The position numbers and the translations under genes are program-made. Positions 38,070-47,348 of a DNA stretch of 64,000 bases are shown in pieces. Within the stretch, counting starts at the first letter, position 1; each line of letters opens with the position of its first letter. The notes beneath the pieces were generated by a model. The model saw only the letters and a program-made list of their open reading frames with translations. It made no database searches and had not been told where the DNA came from. Source of the DNA: Dehalococcoidia bacterium (lineage in GTDB: Bacteria; Chloroflexota; Dehalococcoidia; UBA2979); contig OZ244720.1 of NCBI GenBank assembly GCA_965219085.1, forward strand, positions 256,001 through 320,000, read 5' to 3'.

Positions 38070-38310
38070 GGGTCACTACGCGGTGCTCCCCCAGCTCGGC
38101 GCTGGCATGGCCCCGGTAGTGGTGGGCCTCGGCGTCACCGGGGGACAGCTGCAGGGCTCTGCCGAAGTCCTCCTTCGCGCGGCGGTCGTCGCCCAGTTGC
38201 TGGTGCAGCAGCCCGCTGGCGGACAGCGCGGTAGCGTCGCCGGGATTGGCTGCGATCTCTGCGTTGAGGCGCTCAAGCAGCTGCCGAAGCTCCTGCTGAC
38301 TGAGTCTTCC
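38070..38310 (-). pseudogene. TPR-repeat protein fragment
   Basis: IAANPGDATALSASGLLHQQLGDDRRAKEDFGRALQLSPGDAEAHHYRG. Confidence 0.65.
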
Positions 38311-38334
38311 AGCACCCCGTGGTGTCTGCCTTGG

Positions 38335-38720
38335 TCGTCCAGTCGGCGGCCAGGGTAACGGCGGCGCCTGCATCGACTACCCCGAAGCCGTACTCGTGAT
38401 TGAATGAGTATTGGTCCGTGCTGGAACCGTAGTTGAGAGCGCCCTGCGCCCAGCCCGTGTTGGACGTGTCGTTCTTGCGCGCCGATCCGGCGAGGATGAG
38501 CTTCACATCGCGCCAGGTCAGCGTGCTGTTTGCGCCACGGATCAGCGCGGCGACGCCGGACACGATGGGCGTGGCCGCCGATGTTCCTCCGAAGTCCACA
38601 TACCGGTTGTGCAGGTCGGTCGACAGGATCCCGGGCAGGCTCATATCGCCGTCATTCGAGGGAGCACAGACCCAGAGGTTCGCGCCCAGCTCCGAAAAGG
38701 AGCTCCTCACGTCGTTGTAG
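38335..38720 (-). pseudogene. S8 (kexin-like) peptidase fragment truncated by IS insertion
   Basis: SELGANLWVCAPS...FGGTSAATPIVSGVAAL...LTWRDVKLILA...FNHEYGFGVVDA; paralog of ~50390-50760. Confidence 0.88.
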
Positions 38721-38725
38721 TTAAG

Positions 38726-40361
38726 CCCGAATCCACCGATCGAAGCTTGACGGGGCGGGATGCCGGGCTGCCGGAGAGTTCGGCGGGCGTGCCGGTGTTC
38801 GCGGGGCGGGCCGGAGCCAGGAGCGGTCGCTCAGCGCAGCTCGGGGGCGCTGAGGGCGCGGGCGCAAGGCGTGCGCGGGCATGCTGGCGCGAGCCTCGGA
38901 GGGGGGCCGGCGCTGTGAGCGGTCGTCAGGCCGGGAGCGGTAACGCCCGTAGTCGCGCGAGCGCGGCTGCCAGCTGCCCGGCCCAGGGCCAGCGCCTGGG
39001 GAGGTGCAGGGTCCAGCGCCGTGCCGAGTGGGTGAGCCGTCCGGCGAGAGCGAAGTAGCGCCGCCTGAGCGTCCTGGTCGTCACGATTCCCTCGCCGAGC
39101 CCCAGCCGCGCCGTCCAGCGGGCGAGGTTGTGCGCGATCACCTGCACCGCGAGCCATGCCGCGTTCGCGGCGAAGCGGCCCGAGGGGAGATGGTTGAGCC
39201 CGACGCCGTACTTGAGGTCGCGGATCGCGTTCTCGATCTCGGCGTGACGGCGATGGTCGGTCTCGAGCTCCATCATCTCCCCCGCGCGGTCGGTGATGAA
39301 GGCGTGGTAGCTGTACGTCGCGAAGAGCGCCAGCTGTGAGCCGGGCGCCGGCCTCACGCGCCGCACGATGAGCCGGACCGCGCTGGCGTCCTTCGCGTGC
39401 CGGAACGGGGTGTAGGACGTCTCGGCGACAGCGGCGCCGCCCGGCAGCCAGTACGGGATCGGCGTCCAGTCCGCTTCCGGGATCGCCTCGATCAGCGTGC
39501 GTACGTTCGGTTGCTGGCGAATCGTGACCGAGAAGCGGACATCCAGCGCGCGGCAGGCGGCGACGACCGCGTGGTTGTAGAAGCCGCTGTCGGCGCGCAT
39601 CGTGAGCTGCCCGCTCGCTCCGGCAGCGCGGACCCGCGCCACCGTCTCACGCAGGAAGTGGGCGGCGCCGCGGGCAGTGTTGGCGCGGCCCTCGCGCAGC
39701 CGCGCCATCAGCACGTCACCCGTCCCGGCCGCCACCGCGAGCAGCGGGTGGTAGCCGCGCGCGCCCGTGTAGCCGTGGTGCCGGGCGCCCTCCTTCGCCA
39801 AGCCGTAGGTCTCGCAGATCGTCGAGTCGAGGTCGATCGTGAACGGCGCGTCGCCGGGTCCCGCCCCGGCCGCCCAGCTGCGAGCGAGCAACTCGCGGCT
39901 GACGCGGTCGAGCTGGCGGACGTGGCCCCAGCGGAAGCTGCGCAGGAACGTGCCCAGGGTGGACGGCGCCTTGACCGTGCAACCCAGCACGCTCGCCGTC
40001 CCGCCGGCGCGCAACGCATCGGCGTCGTCGATGCAGTCGCCGCCCGCGAGCGCCGAGGCGATGAGGGTCAGCAGCTTGTCGCCGGCGTTCGCCCGGCCCG
40101 GCGCGTCACCGAGGTCGACGCAGCTGTCGGCGAGCTCTTGCAGACCGAGATGCTGGGCGAGCGTGGCCGGGAGCAGCAGGCCCGCGTGGTCCACGAGGCG
40201 GTCGTCATCGAAGGCGATGTCTATCCGGTCGGGGTCGCTCGTTGGTAGCATCGAATGGGTGCTCCCTGTGGCTGTGACGTGATTCGGCAAAACCCATTGT
40301 CCCAGCTACAGCGGAGCACCCAACCGCAGCCGCTCGCACGCCCTTCTTCGGTGGATCAGGG
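38726..40361 (-). mobile_element. IS1380-family insertion sequence
   Basis: Imperfect terminal IRs CCCGAATCCACCGA / CCCTGATCCACCGA; flanked by TTAAG direct repeats (38721-38725, 40362-40366). Confidence 0.85.
38926..40251 (-). CDS. IS1380-family DDE transposase
   Basis: STLGTFL, IDLDST, YHPL, MRADSGF, HRRHAEIENAIRDLK, AANAAW...AHNL; start could be 40290. Confidence 0.92.
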   Translation of the reverse strand: MLPTSDPDRIDIAFDDDRLVDHAGLLLPATLAQHLGLQELADSCVDLGDAPGRANAGDKLLTLIASALAGGDCIDDADALRAGGTASVLGCTVKAPSTLGTFLRSFRWGHVRQLDRVSRELLARSWAAGAGPGDAPFTIDLDSTICETYGLAKEGARHHGYTGARGYHPLLAVAAGTGDVLMARLREGRANTARGAAHFLRETVARVRAAGASGQLTMRADSGFYNHAVVAACRALDVRFSVTIRQQPNVRTLIEAIPEADWTPIPYWLPGGAAVAETSYTPFRHAKDASAVRLIVRRVRPAPGSQLALFATYSYHAFITDRAGEMMELETDHRRHAEIENAIRDLKYGVGLNHLPSGRFAANAAWLAVQVIAHNLARWTARLGLGEGIVTTRTLRRRYFALAGRLTHSARRWTLHLPRRWPWAGQLAAALARLRALPLPA

Positions 40362-40365
40362 TTAA

Positions 40366-41541
40366 GGAAGGTCTGAACAGGTGGCGTATCGGGCGCGGTG
40401 CGGGCCGATCAGCGGGCCGAGCCGCGCTGTGGGGGCCCGATACCGCGGTCCATGGGTGGTCTCGCCTCCATGGCGCTCCGGAAGCGCTTCGGCGGGGGAT
40501 TCCGGACGCACGGCTCCCGTGATCAGGCGAGTTGAGGCTCGGCTCGCAACAGGTTCGTGAAGCCGAGCAGCAGCGTGAGACGCTGGCGGTTCTTCTCAAG
40601 ACCCCGGTAGCGCACCTTCGCGTACCCGAAGTGCCGCTTCACGTAGAGAAACGGATGCTCAGCCTTGGCGCGCACCGAGGCCTTGCGCCGCTCCGCCTGC
40701 GCCTCCTCGCCCCCCGGCGCCAGCTGCCGCCTGAGACCCGGGCGCAGCGCCACCTGCCAGCTCACCTCCGGCCCCGCGTGCTCCGGGCGCTTCTCCACTC
40801 CCTGGTAGCCGGCGTCGCCCCACGCCTCCGTCTCACCGCCGTGCAAGAGGCGATGCGCCTCGGTCACGTCGGAGACGTTCGCCGCCGTCGTGCTCACGCT
40901 GTGGACCAGTCCCGTCCGCGCATCCGTGCCGGTGTGCAGCTTCATCCCGAAGTACCACTGCCGGCCCTTTCTGGTCTGGTGCATCTCGGGGTCGCGCGCA
41001 CGCTCGCGGTTCTTCGTCGATGACGGCGCGCTGATGATCGTGGAGTCCACGATCGTGCCCTCGCGCACCTGCAGACCCTGCCGTGCCAGGTGCGCGTTGA
41101 TCGTCGCGAACAGCTCCGTTCCCAGCTGATGATGCTCCAGCAGGTGGCGGAAATGCAGGATCGTCGTCTCATCGGGAATCGGCTCGGAGAGGCTGAGACC
41201 GGCGAACTCGAGCATCGAGCGGGAGTCGTAGAGTTCCTGCTCCATGCCGGGGTCGCTGAGGTTGAACCAGAGCTGCAGGCAGTGGATGCGCAGCATCACG
41301 CGCAGCGCGTAGGGGCGGCGTCCGCGGCCGCGCTTCGGGTAGACGGGCGCGATGCGCTGCTCCAGCTCAGCCCAGGGGACGAGCCCGTCCATGCGCTCGA
41401 GGAACGCCTGCCGCCTCGTCTTGACCTTCTTGTGCTCGTACTCGACGCTGCCGAACGAACGCTGCTGCATGGGCCGCCCCTCTCCGGGTCGCCCCATGAT
41501 CGCATCTGCTCACCCGCTCAGGCGAGTTGTTCAGACCATCC
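40366..41541 (-). mobile_element. IS5-family (IS5 subgroup) insertion sequence, 1176 bp
   Basis: IRs GGAAGGTCTGAACA / GGATGGTCTGAACA; flanks TTAA and CTAG (YTAR-type, non-identical). Confidence 0.9.
40523..41470 (-). CDS. IS5-family transposase
   Basis: MLRIH..Q.WFNLSDP, PDETTILHFR, GTIVDSTII, WYFGMKLH, GDAGY, KASVRAKAEHPF. Confidence 0.95.
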   Translation of the reverse strand: MQQRSFGSVEYEHKKVKTRRQAFLERMDGLVPWAELEQRIAPVYPKRGRGRRPYALRVMLRIHCLQLWFNLSDPGMEQELYDSRSMLEFAGLSLSEPIPDETTILHFRHLLEHHQLGTELFATINAHLARQGLQVREGTIVDSTIISAPSSTKNRERARDPEMHQTRKGRQWYFGMKLHTGTDARTGLVHSVSTTAANVSDVTEAHRLLHGGETEAWGDAGYQGVEKRPEHAGPEVSWQVALRPGLRRQLAPGGEEAQAERRKASVRAKAEHPFLYVKRHFGYAKVRYRGLEKNRQRLTLLLGFTNLLRAEPQLA

Positions 41542-41614
41542 CTAGAAGCCCTGCAGGCTGGCCAAGAGGCACTGCGCGGTTCGGAACTCGGGGTCCAGCG
41601 ATTCGGGCAGCGCG

Positions 41615-41800
41615 ATGAACACAGCAGCGCCCTACGTGGCCCCGAGGACATGCACGGTAGTCAACGAAGGCGAGGCGACGCGCGGCGTGAACGAGCGCTC
41701 GGCGCCGCTGAGCGACTATGCAAACACCGCAGCGTACGTGCTGATCGCTGAACCGGGTGCCGGCAAGACAATGGCATTCGAGTCCGAGGCCGTGGCGTCC
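41615..41800 (+). pseudogene. N-terminal fragment of a P-loop (NACHT-like) NTPase
   Basis: PLSDYANTAAYVLIAEPGAGKTMAFESEA Walker A, then loss of coding character. Confidence 0.55.
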
Positions 41801-41884
41801 GGGGCCGGGTCTGGCGCAAGGGCGGCTCACGGGTACCGGACGGCTGAGATCGCGCCGCGCGACAGCTTCCTGCATGCGCCAGCG

Positions 41885-41927
41885 CGACGTGCGGAACGAC
41901 GAGAGCGGGCCGGCGTTCCGCACGTCG
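41885..41927. repeat. 14-bp perfect inverted repeat (hairpin)
   Basis: cgacgtgcggaacg-15 nt-cgttccgcacgtcg. Confidence 0.75.
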
Positions 41928-42044
41928 TGGGGCCTCCCGCAACCTCCCCCAGTGCACAGCCGGAAGAGTTTCCCGTCTTGTCGCCCCCTACTGGCCCGGC
42001 CCGGTGACGGTGACGGTGAGCGAGTTGGCGAGCTGTCCCACATC

Positions 42045-42262
42045 CTCCACGGACTCCTCGCCCCCTTCGCCGGCGACGATCTTCCTGGCGAGCGCCAGCA
42101 TCAGGTCGTCGCCTTCGTCCCCGTAGGCGGCGAGGCCGTCCTCGGGCAGCTCGCCCTCCACCGCCAGCGACGATTGTAGCTTCTTCGCCACGAGCTTGAG
42201 GGCGTCCGCCTGCAGGGTGTTCCGGTAGGCCATGAATACGACCTGCACGGGCTGCGTCTGGC
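42045..42262 (-). pseudogene. SNF2-like helicase C-terminal remnant (copy 1)
   Basis: GQTQPVQVVFMAYRNTLQADALKLVAKKLQSSLAVEGELPEDGL...DDLMLALARKIV; homologous to 61465-62020. Confidence 0.7.
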
Positions 42263-42305
42263 CGCCGAGTCCGCGACCGACTCCGCTGCCATCTCTGTGC
42301 AACGG

Positions 42306-45300
42306 TCAGTTGGCCGCGGCCGGTCCCTCGCTCCTGGCGACCAGCGGCATGAGGACCGGCGGGCCGTCCGGGAACAGCTCCCGGAACCCCGCGTTCGCGA
42401 ACTCCGGAGCTCCGAGGATGTAGGAGACCCACTCGCCGCCGTGCAGGGCGTAGAGGGCCGTGACCTGCTGGCTCTCGGCGCACGCCTCCAGTTCCTCGAC
42501 GCTGCCTCCCTCGTAGACGACAAGGCTGAAGCCCTCGGCGATCTCGCCGCGCAGGCACTCCGCACCCGGCAGCAGGGTGCCGTCGCCGCGGTTCGGGTCG
42601 GCAGAAGGCGGTCCGTTGCTCTTGACGGTCAGCGGCGTGACCGGGGGAACGCCACCGGCGAACAGCTCGGCGAAGCCCGCGTTCACGAATGGCGGCGCTC
42701 CGAGGATGTAGGAGACATAGACACCGTCGTGCAGCGCGTAGAGGGCCGTGACACCCCGGCTCTCCGCGCAGGCATCGAGGTCCTCGATGCTGCCACCCTC
42801 GAAGACGACGAGGCTGAACCCCTCGGCGACCGCGCCGCGCAGGCAGTGGGGCCAGGGATCGCTGGCCGGGTCCCACGCCGCCTCCGGGAAGCTAATGCTG
42901 TAGACCTTCTTGCGGCTGCCGTCCGCCGAGGTGACGGTGACGGTGAGCTCGCTCAGATCCTGGAGGGTGACTTGGTGGTCGTCCGCTTTCCCGTCGGCGT
43001 CGGGCGGGTCGATGTCGACATCCGTGCCGCGCTGCACCGTGGCGGCCTCGACGGTCGTCTCCGTCACGCCCTCGGCGATGTCGCCTTCGTAGTCCGTGCG
43101 GCGCGGCAGGAACTCCCCGATGTCGACGCCGCTGAGCGTGAGTGAGGCGAGTCGGGCGTCAATGGCGTCGGGCATGTTGTAGCTGTAGACCTTGTCGTCG
43201 CTCGCGTCGGCGACGTACATCACCTCGCCGTCGGACCAGAGGCCGCGGGGGCTGTTGTTGCTGGCCTTGCTCAGTTCCCTGGACGCTCCGAACTCCTCGT
43301 CGCGGACGCGCTCGAGTGCCTTGGCGCCGTCCTCCGCGTCGTCCTCGGCGGAGTCGGCCTCATCATCCGGCAGCACGGGCAGCCGGTAGGCGAACAGCCG
43401 CTTGGCGCCGTGGTCGGAGACCCAGACCGTGACGCTGTCGGACCAGATGCCGTGGGGGTCACCGTTGGCGTCGTCCAAGGCGAACTCGGCGAGCAGCTCG
43501 CCGCTCTCCAGGTCGTAGGCGAAGAGGCTGTCCTTGCCGCCGTCGAGCACATACATCCGCTCGCCGTTGGACCAGATGCCGCGGGCGGCGCGGTTGCGCT
43601 CGGCGAGCGCGATGTCGCGCTCTGGGAGGCGCTCGCCGCTCTCCAGGTCGTAGGCGAAGAGGCGGTTCTGGCCGCTGTCGGAGACCCAGACCACGCTCGT
43701 GTGGGACCAGACACCGCGAGGCGCGCGGTTGGTTGCGTCGAGGTCGAACTCGAAGTCCTCGACACGCCCGCCTGTCTCGAGGTCGTAGGCGTAGATGGCG
43801 TCGTCGGCGCCCGAGCCGTTCTCGAGGAGCCAGAGGATGGAGCCATTGGACCAGGAGCCGGTGGGCGAGTCGTGGCTCGAGTCGAGCGCTTCGATGTCGC
43901 GCTTGACGTTCCACTCGAACTCGACCTCGCTTGGTGTCGGGCCTGTGGGGCCGCCGCCGCCACCGCCAACGAAGCCACCGCCACTGACGACCGGCCCGGT
44001 CGTCACCGTGATGATCACGTCGATGCTCGCCGTGGCACCTTCGGTGTCGCGCGCCTCGACCGTGACGGCGTACTCGGACGTCGTAGCGGCGTCGAACGTG
44101 ACCCCCGTGCCGACCGCGATCTGGCCGTCGGCGTCGATGACGAACGAAAACACGTCGGGGCCCGAGAGCCTGTACGCGAGCGTGTCGTTCTCGTCGACAT
44201 CCATCGCCGTCACGGGCGCACCGACGTTATCGCCAGCCTCCGCGCTTTCGGACACGCTGCGGGTCGTCGTCGGCGATACGAAGGTGGGCGCGTCGTTCAC
44301 CGCGTCGACCTCGATGGAGACCGGGGCGGTGCTCGAGAGCGAAGGGCTGCCGGTGTCCCGGGCCTGGTAGGTGAACGTGTCCGCGCCGTTGTAGTCGGCG
44401 TTGGGCTCGTAGGTGATCGTGCGGCGATCGCCCACATTCGCGAGTTCATTGACCCTCGCACGTCCGTTGAGCGGCGGGGTGACCACCGTCAGCAGCAACT
44501 CGTTCCGGTCGTCCTCCGGGTCTGTGTCGTTGCCGAGGACGTCGATGGTGACATCGCCGTCCTCGCTTACCGCAGCGGTGTCGGCGACGGCGTCCGGCGG
44601 CTCGTTCACGTCCGTGACTTCGATGGTGACCTGGATAGTGCCAGACGCATTCGAGCTGTCGCTGGCTGTGATGGTCACGTCGTGCGAGGGCGCCGTTTCG
44701 TGGTTGAGCGAATCGTCGCCGACGACCCGGATCTGGCCGCTATTGCGGTCAATCGTGAAGAGGTCTGACCCCGAGAGTTCGTACGCCAGCACGTCGCCGC
44801 TGTCGGTGTCGGTAGCCGTCACCGGCCCACCCACGGCAGCGCGCGCTCCCGCGTTCTCGGGGACGCTGCGGGTCGGTGTCGGTTCGTCGAACGATGGGCG
44901 AGCGTTGGCGACGGGAGCCGCCTTCACCGAGTTGACCGACACCAGCAGGCGGCTCTTGTTCGGCCCGTGCCCGTCGGTGTATGCGGCGGTGATGCGCAGG
45001 TAGTAGCCGACATCTCCCGCGACGGGCGTGTAGACGCTCGTGGTGAGGCGGTCGATAGCGCCGGTGAGGGCCGTCCAGGGGCCGTTGCGGCTTGTCGAGC
45101 GCTCCCACGTCCAGGTCGTCGACGACACCCCGTCGGGGTCGCTGAGCGTAGCCGTGTAGTCCGCATCGGCCTGTGGCTGCGGCGATGAGAAGCCGAGGGT
45201 GCCGGTCTCGTCCTTGTTCGTGACGCTGACGGCGACGTCCAGCGTCGTGGTGTGGCCACCGGCCGAGACACTCAGCGTCACGTTGTACACGTTGTTGCCG

Positions 45301-47348
45301 CCGGAGTCGGTGGCGTCCTCGTAGTCCGGCGCCGCCTTGAACGTGAGCCTGCCGTTCGAGGAGTTGAAGTCGAACCTGCCGCTGTCGTTCCCGGCGAGGG
45401 GTTGCCAGGCGATGGTGGCGGTCTCCGGGTCCGTGGCCTGGTACGTCCCGACGAGGAGCGTGCCCCCCTCCTCCATGCTCGGCGCGGCGTCGCCGGTGAT
45501 GGCAGGCAGCTCATTGACGGGGTCGACGGTCACGGTGACGGCGAGGCTGCCCGTCTTGCCGTCGCTGTCGCGGGCGCTGACCGTGATGCCGTAGACGTTG
45601 TTCCCGCCCGAGTCGGCGGGGCGCTCATGGTCGGGGACGTTGGCGAAGGAGAGCACGCCGGCGGCGCTGAGGGTGAAGTCGCCCCGGTCGCTTCCCCCGA
45701 GGGACCACGTGTACGTCAGGCCGGGCTTCTGCTCCGGGTCGTTCGCGCTGAAGGTGGCGAGCGTGCCGTCGTAGTTCTCGGCCACGGTGAGCGCGTTGTT
45801 GTTCACGGTGACGCCGCCCGCCGCCGCGAACGAGACGTCCGCCGGCTCGTCGACGTTGGTCACGGTGATGGTCAACGTGACGCTGTCGCTCAGGCCGTAG
45901 GGGTCGGTGGCGGTCACGACGACCTCGTACGACCTCCGCGCCTCGTGATCGAACCGGACGGTGGCCCGCAGCCCTCCGGCGGCCGGGTTCGGGATGGCGA
46001 AGACGGCTGCGTCAACCCCGCCGAGCGTGTAGGTGAGCCGTTCGCCGTCCGGGTCGGTGGCGGTGACGGTGGCGACGACCGCCGACGTGCTGTTGTTCTC
46101 GGCCACCTCCCGGGTCTCCGTGGCGGCGGCAAACGCCGGCGGCCGTCCCGGAACGATCTTGAGGATGCGGTCCGCGCCGCCGCCGTTCGATGTGGTGAGG
46201 TAGAGCGCGCCGCCGGGGCCCAGCATGGGGGTCCGGAGGCGCCCGTACGTACCGTCGAGTTCGGGCACGACCACCTGGCTCACGAACGTCCCGGCCGCGG
46301 TGAACTTGAAGATTCGGAGCGACCGGGTCTTGAGCGTGGCGACCGCGAGCCGGCCGTCCCACTCCTCCCAGTCGGCGCCGTGGAGGAAGATGCCGCCGCT
46401 GGTCGCCAGCGTCGGGTCGCCGGACGACCACCGGGCCTCGACCGCGTCGGGGAACTTCACGCGGTCGGTCATGGGAACGGACTGGTCGTAGCCGGGTGCC
46501 GGATCCCAGCCGTAGTTGCCCCCCGAGGTCAGCAGGTTGATCTCGTCGTCCACCGTCGGCCCGTGCTCAACCGACCACATCTGGTTCGTGCCGGGGCGGA
46601 GCGCGAGGCCCTGCGGGTTGCGATGGCCGTGGGTGTAGACGCGCGGCGACGGGGCGAACGGGTTCCCGGGCGCGCCGGCGCCCGTCGACGCATCGACGCG
46701 GAGCACCTTCCCGCCCAGCGAGCCGAGGTCCTGCGGTACCGTCCCGGATGCAGCGTCTCCCGTCGCGATCCAGAGGAACCCGTGCGGGCCGAAGCGCAGC
46801 CGGCAACCGTTGTGGATGCTGCCCGCGGGGATGCCTCCGACGAGGGGATCTGCGACACGCGTGGCCGCGGTGTAGTCCGAGTTCATGGTCCAGGCGATCA
46901 CCTGCACGACGTGCCCGGTGTGCGCCTGGCAGGTGTAGAACCGCCGGTTCGAGGCGAATCCGGGATCGACGAGGATCGCCATCAGTCCGGCCTCCCCGCT
47001 CACGAACAGGTCGCTGAAGTCCGCCGTCACGGTCTGGACCGTGCCGTCGGTGAGCCGGGCCTTGAGCGCTCCGCCGCGCTCCGTGAGCAGCATCGTCCCG
47101 TCGGGCGCGAAGGCGAGATCCCAGGGAATGCCGAGGCCGGAGACGAGCGTGACAACGGTGATCCCGGGCGCGGCCTCACGCGCGCCGACCGGCTGGCCCG
47201 ATTCGGCCTCGGCGCTCTTGCCGGAGCCCTCTCCGTCCGCATAGGTCGCACGGGCCCGGATGTACATCCCCTCGTCGCTGCTCTTCGGCGCGTAGCTTGC
47301 GCCGCTACCGGCAACGCTCGTCCAGTTGGTCCCGAGGACCGCTGCCAC
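42306..47348 (-). CDS. Giant surface protein A, 3' half: PQQ-dependent sugar dehydrogenase domain, cadherin/Ig repeats, PRGxWS propeller repeats, cadherin-like beta sandwich, duplicated C-terminal domain
   Basis: PWDLAFAPDG..TERGG, HNGCRLRFGP.G.LWIATGD, HRNPQGL; VAEN..ATDPD..DHE cadherin motifs; joined to upstream ORF by a frameshift at ~47330. Confidence 0.85.
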   Translation of the reverse strand: MAAVLGTNWTSVAGSGASYAPKSSDEGMYIRARATYADGEGSGKSAEAESGQPVGAREAAPGITVVTLVSGLGIPWDLAFAPDGTMLLTERGGALKARLTDGTVQTVTADFSDLFVSGEAGLMAILVDPGFASNRRFYTCQAHTGHVVQVIAWTMNSDYTAATRVADPLVGGIPAGSIHNGCRLRFGPHGFLWIATGDAASGTVPQDLGSLGGKVLRVDASTGAGAPGNPFAPSPRVYTHGHRNPQGLALRPGTNQMWSVEHGPTVDDEINLLTSGGNYGWDPAPGYDQSVPMTDRVKFPDAVEARWSSGDPTLATSGGIFLHGADWEEWDGRLAVATLKTRSLRIFKFTAAGTFVSQVVVPELDGTYGRLRTPMLGPGGALYLTTSNGGGADRILKIVPGRPPAFAAATETREVAENNSTSAVVATVTATDPDGERLTYTLGGVDAAVFAIPNPAAGGLRATVRFDHEARRSYEVVVTATDPYGLSDSVTLTITVTNVDEPADVSFAAAGGVTVNNNALTVAENYDGTLATFSANDPEQKPGLTYTWSLGGSDRGDFTLSAAGVLSFANVPDHERPADSGGNNVYGITVSARDSDGKTGSLAVTVTVDPVNELPAITGDAAPSMEEGGTLLVGTYQATDPETATIAWQPLAGNDSGRFDFNSSNGRLTFKAAPDYEDATDSGGNNVYNVTLSVSAGGHTTTLDVAVSVTNKDETGTLGFSSPQPQADADYTATLSDPDGVSSTTWTWERSTSRNGPWTALTGAIDRLTTSVYTPVAGDVGYYLRITAAYTDGHGPNKSRLLVSVNSVKAAPVANARPSFDEPTPTRSVPENAGARAAVGGPVTATDTDSGDVLAYELSGSDLFTIDRNSGQIRVVGDDSLNHETAPSHDVTITASDSSNASGTIQVTIEVTDVNEPPDAVADTAAVSEDGDVTIDVLGNDTDPEDDRNELLLTVVTPPLNGRARVNELANVGDRRTITYEPNADYNGADTFTYQARDTGSPSLSSTAPVSIEVDAVNDAPTFVSPTTTRSVSESAEAGDNVGAPVTAMDVDENDTLAYRLSGPDVFSFVIDADGQIAVGTGVTFDAATTSEYAVTVEARDTEGATASIDVIITVTTGPVVSGGGFVGGGGGGPTGPTPSEVEFEWNVKRDIEALDSSHDSPTGSWSNGSILWLLENGSGADDAIYAYDLETGGRVEDFEFDLDATNRAPRGVWSHTSVVWVSDSGQNRLFAYDLESGERLPERDIALAERNRAARGIWSNGERMYVLDGGKDSLFAYDLESGELLAEFALDDANGDPHGIWSDSVTVWVSDHGAKRLFAYRLPVLPDDEADSAEDDAEDGAKALERVRDEEFGASRELSKASNNSPRGLWSDGEVMYVADASDDKVYSYNMPDAIDARLASLTLSGVDIGEFLPRRTDYEGDIAEGVTETTVEAATVQRGTDVDIDPPDADGKADDHQVTLQDLSELTVTVTSADGSRKKVYSISFPEAAWDPASDPWPHCLRGAVAEGFSLVVFEGGSIEDLDACAESRGVTALYALHDGVYVSYILGAPPFVNAGFAELFAGGVPPVTPLTVKSNGPPSADPNRGDGTLLPGAECLRGEIAEGFSLVVYEGGSVEELEACAESQQVTALYALHGGEWVSYILGAPEFANAGFRELFPDGPPVLMPLVARSEGPAAAN

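Noticed and set aside
47320-47345. Programmed frameshift or phase-variable tract in gene A
   Set aside because: No homopolymer, short tandem repeat or X XXY YYZ heptamer at the break
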